A stretch of 64,000 nt of DNA from Carcharhinus amblyrhynchos (taxonomy: Eukaryota). The notes beneath the pieces are model-generated. The model saw only the letters and a list, made by a program, of their open reading frames with translations. It did no database searches and was not told the DNA's origin. Made by a program: the position numbers and the translations under genes. The stretch's first letter is position 1. Each line of letters opens with the position of its first letter. The stretch covers positions 96,782,001 to 96,846,000 of the forward strand of contig OZ336878.1 in the NCBI GenBank assembly GCA_965287045.1, in the 5' to 3' direction. Below are positions 12,376 through 23,929 of this stretch, piece by piece.

Positions 12376-14717
12376 TTGCTTTGATAACATTGCTGAAGGC
12401 CGAATTTTGGCCTACTCCACTTCTGCTTTAATCTGTTCCCAAGCCGACAGAGAAATCCACGGTATGCTGAGGCTGGAACCAAGAGCTCTCTCAGCCAAAA
12501 TTGTTCCATGAGATTACACTTGGCGCGGGCAAGATCCCCATGTGACATGAAATTGTCGCGGCCCACATCCAAAAAGTGTGTAGCAACACTAGGTCCGGGG
12601 ACATCATTGCAGACAAATAAAGCAGTTTTCTACATTTAAATAATTCGGAAAGGAACTGATTGCCCATGAACTCTGTACATTTCTCCGAGTGTGGCGGTTG
12701 GATCAATGGTTTCCCAACTTTCGGGAGCTGACGAGGTGTTGCCAAAGTTTTAGTTTATCTGCGATTTGGCTGAAAATGTGCGTCGTGTTGGTATTGATAT
12801 TTGTTGCGAAATGGTACGTAAATCACTCAAGAAATGGACAGAAATGCTCTCTGATATAAAAAAGAATTCAAAGATAATTTCTGACTCTGATTACTGTCCT
12901 CCGTGCTGATGGACTGGCTCAGTAAATCAATGAAATCCATCATGGCTGCATTTACTATTTACTTTGCGATTTATTTGAACTGCCATTAGATAGTTTAACC
13001 ATGTTTTATTTACACCATCAGTGTTTTAATTGTTCAAGAAAATGTTTAAACGTGAAATCTTATCAGTTGGATTCTCTGCTTCAATCCGTCCAATTTCGGC
13101 CCTTCTCATATGTTTGCCTCCAAGATAATCGAAACATTGTGTTGTTGTTGACTGCATGGTCATTTAGCAGTTGTGTGATTTATTAATGAGGACTCCACTT
13201 AGCTTCTGGCATCGGTGCCAGTTATGATTCAGGGACCATTTTTGTCTTCAAGTGTTAAGTTACAGGAGATGGGTGATTTAAAATGTTGTGGAGCTGTTTG
13301 GGGCGAATATATTTAATGTCTAATTGGCTCTGCTAGATTGTTGCGTGAGCACTGAGACAATATGCAGTGATATGATGAAGGTCAAATTATGCCTGAAAAA
13401 AATTGTCCTTCAGGAGGTTTGATTGACACCATCCAGGTAATTATCTGTGTTTGTCTAATTACGTTAAAGTTCAAGTTAACGGACGAAATAAATCATGTTT
13501 CCGGGCTTTGAGGCATGATAGCCTAAAAAAAACGCATTTAAAAATTCCAGTAACGGATGTATGGGATTGCATATTATTGATCAACGGACACAAACAAGCA
13601 CCATGGATACAAGATTATCCTACAAATATTTAGAAGAAAAAACTTCAAGATATTTCGGACACGAATTTTTGCGAGCACAAATAACGCGCCCGCAAGGTAA
13701 ATTATTTAGAAGTAAACCATGCTAACATACTAGGTTCAATTGTGCAAGGTGTTGATTGGGTTTAAAGAATACCTGAAAAATCGAGTTTATTTCTGACGTT
13801 ATGAAGTTACATTTCGAGTCAATGAAATTAAGTTGCCTTTGCCAAAAGAACATGAAAGATAATTGCTGGATTAGTTATGTGCCCGTTAGTGATAAGAAGG
13901 TTTCTTGAACAAAATCGTTTATAAGTAATGAACTATAAGTAGGATTATAAGAATTATCAATAATCATTTAGAAGTAATGCGATTTGCAAAATTAAAACAT
14001 GCAACTGGACAACAACGTTCCAAATCAGACAAATAATCACTGAAAAAATCAAACGAAAGATGAGTAATTTTAAAATGAATTCTTGGAACGGATAGCATTT
14101 GTTTTAAAGAATCGTGAAACTAAGGCGAACGAGGATTAGGCATCATGTTGATGTACTAAAGGCATGGTTCGACCAGTTAGAAGCTAAATATTAAGTTATC
14201 CAGTTGATGTAATTTCGGTCCGGCAAACAATTTCATCCCATAATGTTGTGCTACAGTAAGAGCTAAAGTGTAATAGTATATTGTTTCATGGTTTAAAATA
14301 TTTAGAATACAGTGTTAGAAACATACAACAGGAGTAAAAAAAAATCATTAGAGGGTATGGTGGACACAGTTTGAAATAAATTACCACGCTCTGGTGCCTT
14401 TCAGTGATGCTCACTCGAATACTGTCGCCAATATCCCAAGAAAATCTGACTGAAGAACTATCATTTGATTCAAAAACAGAACGATCATACCATCTCTCCA
14501 TTGAAGTTTAGAACATTAACGGAGGGATTATTTGATTATTTCACTACATTTACTTGCAATGGTCACGTCACATTTAGTCTTGTTAAATCATGTTTACTTT
14601 ATCAATTGGCAATCTATTTCGAAAATACACCTTCTCCAGGGCACAGCATGTGATCTGCTTTAGACTCGTCTTTCAAACGAAACCAGCTGTTGTAAATTAT
14701 TTTCCAAAGCGTTGCAA

Positions 14718-14746
14718 TCCCACAGGTGATTTTGTTCAATTATAAA
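14718..14746 (+). promoter_or_regulatory. Putative core promoter of paralog 2 (TCCCACAGGTGATT-N9-TATAAA)
   Basis: TATAAA at 14741-14746, starting 64 bp before the ATG at 14805. Confidence 0.5.
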
Positions 14747-14804
14747 TGAGCACAGCATTTCTACACACCCATCGCACTATCAAGAATCAATACATTTCTA
14801 TGAA

Positions 14805-14874
14805 ATGGAGCAGCCTGTAATCCTTCAGATCGAAAGCTATTATTATCCTTTCCTTGCGATAGTTGGTGTTCCTG
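14805..14874 (+). CDS. GPR139/GPR142-like GPCR paralog 2, exon 1 (MEQPVILQIESYYYPFLAIVGVP)
   Basis: ATG in good context (gaaATGG), 70 nt, canonical donor G|gtaagt at 14875; joins exon 2 in frame to give GVP-A-NLVTIVIL. Confidence 0.92.
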
Positions 14875-15429
14875 GTAAGTTGTTTGATATCATTTAAATG
14901 TTAGCGGCCATTGTGCAAGTTGCACGTTTGTCAATGAAGTTGTTTTCCTGTTCATTTTGATGTCTTATCGGTTACAAATGACAGCATTGAACAGTTGAAA
15001 TTATTATTTGCAGATGTCACCTTCTTGATAATACAGTATCGAAGAGGGAGCGGTTTTGTTGCTACTATTCAATTTGAATTATGCTAATTTGGGGGTTAAT
15101 TCAATGCAAGTATTTGGAATTTGTCCGCTGTGTTCTCAAACAAAGCAGAAACCAAATGAATCCTCCAGCTAAACATTAAAAAGAATGCCTCGCAGTGGTT
15201 TTATATTATCAACAAAAATTGAGAACCTTGACAATAACCAACTTTGAGATCGGAGTCGGATTTGAATGACTTATGTTCTTATGTTCTTATGACTCTAAAC
15301 ACTTCTCAGACCGCGTTGCGCTGTAATGTGTCCAGCGACATTTTGCAGCCCAAGGTTTTTCAGCAGTACAACAGACAATTATCATTACTATTATTTTATA
15401 AATGCATTTTAAAATGGCCTTATTCGCTT

Positions 15430-16620
15430 CAAGGCAATTTCACTCCACAACCAAATTTCAACTCGATCGTAGTCTGCCACCGGCAGCAAAATTTGAGAAC
15501 AATCCGGATTCTTTTCCCTTTTCTATTTCCTATCAGTCCCTTTTGTATTTTTTTTTAAATTTAAGTATTCTTATTTTAACCGGAATGGCGGAGCAGTTAG
15601 AAACAAATTTGAAAATCACACCGTGTCAGATCTCTCCCAGGCCATAGAAAGCGGAGAAAGCAGCTCGGGGCTGAAAAACGGGAGCGATGACCCCTGCCCC
15701 CGAAAAAAAACACTGCCCTCTTATCTACGCCGCCCCCCACCCCGAACACTATGCACAGAAATCGGTGTCCTGCTTATCAACGCCCCCACTAAGAACGATC
15801 GCCACCCCTGCCCCTCATCACCCGCGGAGAGGCAACGGACCTCCGTGCTCCCCCTCTCCCCTACCAGAGTTCAATCTGGCCCATCCACCAGAGATCCATC
15901 TCCTGTCATCCCACCAGCGAGGGGTCGGGCCTCCCCCCAGTCCCCACACCAGAGACGCATTTTACCCAAATCACTCCCCCCGCCTCCAGACAACGATCTG
16001 GCCTCACACACACCCCGTCTCGACTACCAGAGAATGGTCTAGCCTCACTCAACCCCCATCCCGTCACGGCCCACCCCCAAGAGAATGTTCTGGCCTCACT
16101 CATCTGATGCGCCATCTCCTCCCTCCACCGCCCCCCCTCCGCCCCGCCCAGAACGATAGGCCCTACGCACATCCGTCCACCAGAGATGCATGTAATCGGG
16201 GTCCTCCTCCCCCGCCACGCCCACCCCCCCCTTCCGGAAACCAGAGAATGATCTGGCCTGCCTTCCTTCTTCTCCCCACCACTGATCGGAGTCACAAAGC
16301 CATTGGAAGCTCTGAACTCACCTCGTCAGCAGCTGGAGTGCCCGATCAGACGTTTACTTAACAGATCAATTACGGCCGGCTTGGGAGACACGGTGGTAAA
16401 GGGGGAAATGCTGATAAAGTTGCGCAGACAATTCATTAACTCAATTTAAATGAATGTAAATGCATTTAAATCGCAGTTGCACACATTAAAGGCGCAAAGT
16501 GGATCACTGCCATCCCCACGTTCCCGGAAAATGACAGTCTGCACGGATGCGGGCACAGATCACATTAATGGCCTCACACCCGACTTTACCACGTTTTCGC
16601 GCCTGTTTAAATTCGGGCCC
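15430..16620. mobile_element. GC-rich, probably non-autonomous DNA element (Harbinger-type end) containing a C-rich degenerate minisatellite
   Basis: Ends in aaattcgggccc; the internal motif ccaccagaga...tctggcctcac recurs with poly-C runs at about 15780-16270. Confidence 0.4.
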
Positions 16621-17282
16621 TTTGTGGTGCTTGCAGTGCAAATTTGTACACTTGGGCGATTTTTAGGCTTAAACGTCTTTAATCTAAGAACACACGTAAC
16701 GGCGCATTAACACAAATTGAGAAGCTGGTGCTGAGTTATTTCCAGTTAGTCCTGTGTTATTGTAATAACAAATGACACAAACAAGCAGTACGCAGTAAAA
16801 ACAATAGTTTTTTTTTCTCGACGGGAATCAATTATATTGCGATTTTCAGGATAAGGTGATGCACCCATTCTGGATTATATTGTTTTCCCAAGACACACTG
16901 GGTTACTTCTGAAGTTTTTGATTTTTTTCTTAATAGCAAGCTGGGAGTTACTACTGTGTGTTTCTTCCATGTTCGACTGAAACTTCGAGATAGTAGATAG
17001 TATCTGCATTAACGAAATCAATGTTGTTTCTTGTCATTTTATGCATTACGGCTGAATATCGAGTTATTGTGTTTTTTTTACGACTTGCTGTGTTGGAAGA
17101 CTGCTGATGTAAAGCTTGCTAGTATTCAATCCCTGCATATTAATCCAAAAGCAAACCAGGTTTCATTTTGTTATGACAATATCATTGCTGCTGCATTTAA
17201 ATGTGCATCGTCTGTATTCGTTGTGAAAATTTTGGGAAACTTGTGTTGATACTTCGTGTAAGTATACCGATTCTTAATGCTG

Positions 17283-17829
17283 CAAGTAGTTTCACAACAC
17301 CAGGTTAAAAACCAACAGATTTATGTGTTAGCACGAGCTTTTGGAGCGCTGCTCTATCATCGGGTGAGTGGAGTGTTGAGTTCACAAACAGGACATATAT
17401 AGACTCAATTTCAAGATCATGGTCGCAGTGCCAGTCCTAACAGGTAATCAAGTCTTTACAGGCACATTAAATACAAGTGAAGAAAAGCAAAATGCCGGCT
17501 CACTTTTATTTACAACGTAGAGAGGATCTCCAAGAAGATCTCGCACATCGATACATACACTATGTTTCTACAACAATGCAAGAAAGCAGACCCCTCCACT
17601 TGCGTTGTCTTTACCCGTAAAGACTTCGTTACCTCCTAAAACTTGCATTCAAACCATTATCTTGTAACTGTGTATTTGTCTACGCCCTGCTTGGCAAATC
17701 ATCTCTCCACTCACCTGATGAAAGAGCAGCTCTCCGAAAGCTCGTGCGACAAAATAAGCCTCGTTCACTTTAACTTGGTGTTGTGAGAATTCTTACTGTG
17801 ACCGCCCCAGCCCAACACATCTCCACATC
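17283..17829 (+). mobile_element. Internally deleted Penelope-like element with inverted pseudo-LTR, in the paralog 2 intron
   Basis: About 17290-17373 is the reverse complement of about 17705-17790 (ctccactcacctgatga...gaaagctcgtg...tggtgttgtga). The interior encodes VERISKKISHIDT...FLQQCKKAD, like a Penelope ORF N-terminus; ends ...catctccacatc. Confidence 0.75.
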
Positions 17830-18098
17830 TTAAATATCAGTTGGAATAGCAGACTTATTCCATAAATTGTATATTCTAACGATGTAATAGATTAATGTCT
17901 CACTTTGTCCCTATCAAGCAGCTCTTTAAAGAATCGTTACCATGCATTTCTATAAATTGGCAAACGTGCAAGTCTGGTGCAAAAACCATGGCGATAGTGT
18001 GAGATATCACTTATAGTTAGAAACCTATCATTTTGCACGACCAACTTACAATCAGAAATGTGAACCAGCAGTGAAGAAATGATTTATGTTCCTTGCAG

Positions 18099-18991
18099 CT
18101 AATTTGGTGACAATCGTTATACTCGCCCGTGGAAAATGCGGTCTTTCCAAATGCATCACCCGTTATCTCGTCACAGTGGCGGCTGCTGACTTTATGGTTC
18201 TGATATTTGAAGTAACTCTTTATGTGACGAAAACTGTGAGTTTGCCAAACTTATTCCTGAAGTACACGCCCATTTGTAGCCTCAATATTGCTCTACTGTT
18301 TCTGTTCATTGATTGTTCCGTCTGGTTAACTGTGGCCTTCACTTTCGATCGATACATCGGTATTTCTCAACAAAGTTTGCAAACAAAATACTGCACAGAG
18401 AAAATTGCATCTTTGGTGACTGTTGTGGTGTGTCTCTTGTGTATTCTGGAAAATGCTCCAATTTATTTTGCTTACCAGCCTCGAAAAATCATTGATAATC
18501 TACCCTTCTCCTGTCGTCTGAAATCAAGCTTCTACACGTCACCAATATGGGTGGCATTTTTATGGTTGGAAACTATTTTAACTCCCTTTGCGCCATTTCT
18601 GTTGATCTTGCTGTTTAATTTACTCACCATCAGGCATATTTTATTTGCGAATAGAGTTCGAAGACAGCTACGTAAAAGGACGGATGTCCGGAATAAAACA
18701 GATCCCGAGATAGAGAGCCGCAGGAAATCTATAATTTTACTTCTCGCGATTTCTGGCAGTTTCTTACTCTTGTGGATGGTAAATTTTACATTATTCGTAC
18801 TTGTGCAATTTACAGATATTAAATTGTTGCATGACGATTACAACGACCCCGGCACCATTGCAGAACAGTGTGGATATATGCTTAGGGCTTTGAGTTCTTG
18901 CACAAATACATTTATTTACGGAGCCTCTCAACGCAAATTCCGGGAAGAATTATTATTGCTTTTCCAAAGGCTGTCATTCGGAAATTTGTGA
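18099..18991 (+). CDS. GPR139/GPR142-like GPCR paralog 2, exon 2 (spliced product 320 aa, intact)
   Basis: Acceptor ttccttgcag ends at 18098. Motifs RGKCGLSKCITRYLV, AADF (TM2), FTFDRY, LTPFAPF (TM5), ESRRKS, CTNTFIY. Stop TGA at 18989-18991; AATAAA at 19015-19020. Confidence 0.95.
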
Positions 18992-19039
18992 ACTAAGGCA
19001 AACAACTGTTTAACAATAAATGTAATCTTCAAAAGAAGA

Positions 19040-19195
19040 CACGATCTGGAAAACTGAACGTTATGTATCCTTAAGAAATACACAAATTCAGAGTTATGAC
19101 GAAGGACAATCCAGTCTGGAAACGTTAACTTTCCTTTCTTCATCGATGCTGGGAGAATTGTTGAGGCTTTTCAGAGGATTCTGCTCATGTTTGTT
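19040..19195 (+). mobile_element. Eroded Penelope-type end with a degenerate hammerhead core
   Basis: aTGACGAagg...GAAAcgtt followed by gatgctgggagaattgttgagg, similar to the 12175 element. Confidence 0.35.
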
Positions 19196-20374
19196 CATCA
19201 TCGTTTTAAATCCGAAGTTGACTGTTCAGCAAGCCTTCAAAATTACTTCAGTGCCTCAGAGCCATCTATGCAAATAAAGTTATAATTACACGTGTGCTGA
19301 ATGCTAAGGTATTGTCATGTGTCCTGCAACAGTGCTGTTTCTAATTGATCGGTTTATTTTCTGCGGACGTTTTGGCGTCCTACCTGAAATGTTAGTTTCT
19401 GCTCTCTATAATTTAATCTAGAGCAAAATGTCGCTCGACATGTGTTGCAAAGTATTTTGCTGACCATGTTTACAGCCTAAACCCGAATTCAAAAAGACTC
19501 ACATGTAGGCTGGAAATTAACAAGTCGTACTCGTGCCGCAAAAGTGACAGATAATTAACATCTCCAACAAGAGAGAATTTAACAACTTCCTCTTCATAAT
19601 CAATTGCGTTACCATCCCGGAATCTCTCATTATGAACAAAGGGGTGGTTGTTATTTGCCAGTACCGTGACGTAAGTAGTTTTTTTTTGCTTAGGCCAATT
19701 GCCATAAAGTTATCTTGTTCCTGTGAACCCAGGGGCAATAGTAAGGGTAGTGATTGAATATGTCCCTTTCGTCTCGGTAAGTGCAGCACCAACTACAGTT
19801 AAAATGTATCACCCAGTGCTTGATTTGCACCCCTCCAATATTCACACCCTTCTCCATTAATACATTATAGCTCTATGTGCACCATTTGCATTGTGAACCA
19901 GTGGAACTCTCTCACACAGAACGCTGCTGGGGCATTTCATTCGATATGCTCAAGAGGGAGGTGGAAATGGCCCTTGTAGTTAAAAGGTACAAAGAGTACG
20001 AGAAGAACGCAACAGTGGGATTCTTAATGAGCACGATCAGCCATTATCATATTATGGTCTTCCACTCTGGAAACCACAGATGAACCTGTATCTGGGGTCA
20101 TTGTGGCCAAACAGGTAATCAAAAATGGTTTCTTGTAAAGCACTCTGGGAGAATTGGGCAAGAAACTCAACCGACAGGCTGCAGTTTAAAGATAGAAACA
20201 AACAGGGTGCAACCCTGACAAGCGACTAAACAGGGTATGGGTCGTCTCCAGGATAAAAGGGACTTTACAGTCACGCTGGCCTGTTTCATCTCCAGGATGA
20301 AAGAGGGTTTCTGGTCACACTTGGTCGTGTACCAGACATAAGGGCACCGTGAATCCTTATTTAGGAAGGAGGTA

Positions 20375-20926
20375 TGTGACGTATGTGACTCCACCACCTA
20401 CAGACGTGGTCATTGGGGATACACCCAAAGATCGGTGTGGTAACACCTGATTGGACTGTTATCGATCAGGGGAATCAAGTCCTGATCAATTGATTGGCAA
20501 TGGCCAAAAAGGGGCGTGAAACCAAACGGGGTATAAAGGGTGCTGCACAACCAGGAGTCTCCCTCTCTCCCTCTCTGACCCTACGAAAGAGCTACAACAA
20601 TGGTGGACATCGCCAGCAAGAGAGCCACCGCACCAGAAAAGGAAGGAGGGAAGTCCAGAGTCAGAATGCCAGACCAGACCAAAGGACCAGACTACGCAGA
20701 TGACTACCGAGACCGACCCACAGATGAAGGTCAATATCTGCTTGGGCACTTGCTAGTCACACAAAGCTAAGTCAAGGTCTTGTACTGGACTTGAATTCTA
20801 GTAATTTGTGTAAGATAACTTATTGTTGGTCAGGTGGGTGATTATTGTGTGGGTTTAAATAAATATTGTCTGTACTAACAAGACGTCTACTCGTAGTTAT
20901 TTGTCCACCGTATAAAGGTTAAAACA
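20375..20926 (+). mobile_element. Solo LTR
   Basis: TG...CA ends (tgtgac...aaaaca), two ATTGG boxes, ggggcgtg, TATAAA at 20532-20537, CT-rich R-like region, AATAAA at 20858-20863; no clear TSD. Confidence 0.6.
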
Positions 20927-20969
20927 GGCTGTGAGGCAGGCAACATCACCATTGCAGATATCAGAGCAG

Positions 20970-22470
20970 GTTCTCGAAAGTCAGCCGGTGGAAAGCGACT
21001 AGCCCAATGGTGTACCCGGGCAAGCACTCAGATCCAGCGCGGATCAGCTGGCCGGGGTATTCACAGACAACTTCAGCCTCGCTTTCCAACAGTCTGAGTC
21101 CATATCTGCTTCAGGAAGATGACTATTATCCCGCTGTCTAAGGACAACTAAGCAGCATTCCTTACGACTATCAACCAGTGGCTCTGACATCCATTATGGC
21201 GGTCTGCGAAAGGCTAGTCATGGCACGAATCAATTCCCGCCTCACGGACTACCTTGATCCACGACAGTTTGCCTAGCGCTGCAACAAGTCCATAGCAGAT
21301 GCCATCTCCCTGGGCCTGAACTCAACCTTGGAAAACTTAAATTACAAGGACACGTAAGACAGAGCCCTACTTATTGATTACAGCTCATCCACTAGCACCA
21401 TTATTCCCACGAAATGCGTCACCAAACTCCGTGGCCTGGGCCTCCGCACCTCCCTCTACGAACGGATCCTAAAATTCCTAACGTACTGACCGCAATCCGT
21501 AATAATAGCCAACAACACCTTCTCCACGATTATCCTTAACATAGGTGCCCCACATGGCTGTGTTTTCAGCTCCCTACTATACTCTTTTTACACCTGTGAC
21601 TATGCGGCCAAATTCTCCTCCAATTCTATTTTCAAGTTTGTTGGCCACACCATCGTAGTGGGTCGCATCTCAAAGAATGATGCTATAGAGGATAGGAATA
21701 AGATACAGAATCTGGTGAACAGATGCGGCAACAATAATGTTTTTCTCAATGTCAGCAAAACGAAGGAGATTGACTTCAGGAAGCGAAAAGGAGAAAATCC
21801 CCCGGCCTACATCAATGGTGACGAAATGGAAAGGGTCGAGAGCTTCAAGTTTTTAGATGTCCAAATCACCAACGTCTCTCCTCTCTCCACCACCCCCCCC
21901 CCCCACCTCCCCCCCACCCCATGCCAAAATTATAGTTGAAAAAAAACACCAACGCCTGTGCTTTCTCAGAAGACGAAGGAAATTTGACAATGTTAGCGAC
22001 GACTTTCACCAGTTTTTACAGATGCCTCAAAAAAAATTATGGTAGTGTCACAACGTGGCATGGATCCTGCCCTGCCCAAGGCCGCACGAACGGTCGTGAG
22101 TACAGCCTAACCTATAACACAAACCATCCCCCCATCCTTTGATTCCGTCTATCCTTCCCACTGCTTTGGCAAAGCAGATGGCATAATAAAGGATCACACG
22201 CACCCCGGACATTATCTCTTCTACCTTCTTCCGTCGGAAAAAAAAATACAAACGAATCAAGAACTGCCGCTTCCATGCTGCTGTTAGAATTTTGTTTGAA
22301 CTTACCTGGCATTAAATTGATCTTTCCCTACACCCTAGCTATGACTGCACCACTACAGTCTGCACTCTCTCATTCTTTCTCCAAGAACGGTATGCTTTGC
22401 CTGTGTAGCGCACAAGAAACAATACTTTTCTTTATACGTTAATGCATGTGAAAATAAGATGTCAAATCAG
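20970..22470 (+). mobile_element. Rex1/Babar-clade LINE, 5'-truncated and degenerate
   Basis: Broken RT reading PVALTSIM..., LDPRQFA, LLIDYSS..TIIP, GAPHGCVFSSLLYSFYT, IFKF..., NNNVFLNVSKTKEIDFRK, HQRLCFLRR. Confidence 0.85.
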
Positions 22471-23929
22471 ATTGAAAGGTGGTGCAGCCTCCAACGGCTG
22501 ACTGCCCGACACCTGCAACTATGTTCTTGATTTTCGCATTGATAACATGCATTACAGGGACTCATCAATGCTCCTTAAACACCACATCACAAATTGTACC
22601 GCACAATTTAAAAACACAAGGGCAACACAATATTGTGAACAGGGCCTTGTTGCATTTTTTGTGCACTCATCACTTTTTTCTCGAAATACATCACCATTCC
22701 TTCATGACGCGAGGTCAGATGTTGTGAACTTCCACCCTAAGAGCTCAAGTGCATTTAATCCCCACTGTCAGCAGGCTTTCAAGAAGACAGTTCAACTCTT
22801 TCTCAGGAGCAAGCAGTGATGAGTTATACATGTTGGCGGTGCCGAAGAAACGCTGATCCCCCGAGTGATTAAATATATGCATAACTATTAGATTATAATC
22901 TATTATATTCAATTTATATTTGATGTCGATATCTCGTCATCTGATCAAGTTATTGTATCAAATTCATCCATCCTATACGTGGACCCAGAATGATTTTACA
23001 ATGCTTAACACGTTGTCACAGATTACGTCATAGTTGAACCATCAAGTCTAGTCATAAGGACAGTAGTGGAAAGTATCAATTCCACGGTAACACGTCCATG
23101 GGTATGCCAATCTGCATATTCTCAGGATTTAAATTCAGTGCCAAATGTTGTTTTCCAGCATAAGGTTCACTTGAGTTTCATCAAGTTATAACTGACATCA
23201 GGAAATGAACATTGGAACATGCTGTTCGCCTTTTAACACAGGGTGACTAAAAGTTGAAGCAATGTGCAGTCGGAGCTTTGGCAAGCATTTACATTCAATA
23301 ATGCATTTGGCGGATAATCCGTTTCATAGGACACCTTAGAACGAGCTATTCTTCAGCAATTCTGCATTATGCAATAATGAAAAAGAAGTGAATAAAACGT
23401 ACAGGTTAGCAACAAGCTTTGTATATAGGAAAAAAACCCGATATTTTTTCTTTGTAGAGAAAATCAAGAGGGAACCAGACATTGAATGGAAGTCAACAAA
23501 CTTTTTTTTTGTCACGTTTACGAGGCACAGGTTTCAGGAGCTGCCACTGTTGTCATGGTGGGAACAGAGCCGAGCCGGAATGACAACGGAGGAAAGGTAA
23601 GAGTATGAATACTTCACCTGGGCGAATCGCAGCCTTCATGTTGGGAGTGCAGCCGATTCGTGGCAGTGAGAGAGGCAGCAGGATAAAAATAAGTGTCTTT
23701 TTGCGAAAAAAAGGTAAAGTGACGTTACAGGATAATGTGGCCTGAATGGCCGAAATGAGTTTGGGCAAAATTTCACAATCTATTTTGAATTTCTGACTTA
23801 AATTACAGCTTATAATTTGATTTCAGATCAAGACGGATAAATAATCAGTTTAGCACCAAGAACTATATGGCGAACTACGAACTTTTTTTTTCAAGTCTTG
23901 GATTTGTAAATACATTCATTAGAGGTATT

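Noticed and set aside
15623-16361. Proline-rich ORFs of 139 and 224 aa
   Set aside because: By-product of a C-rich repeat inside an intron; no domain or splice support.
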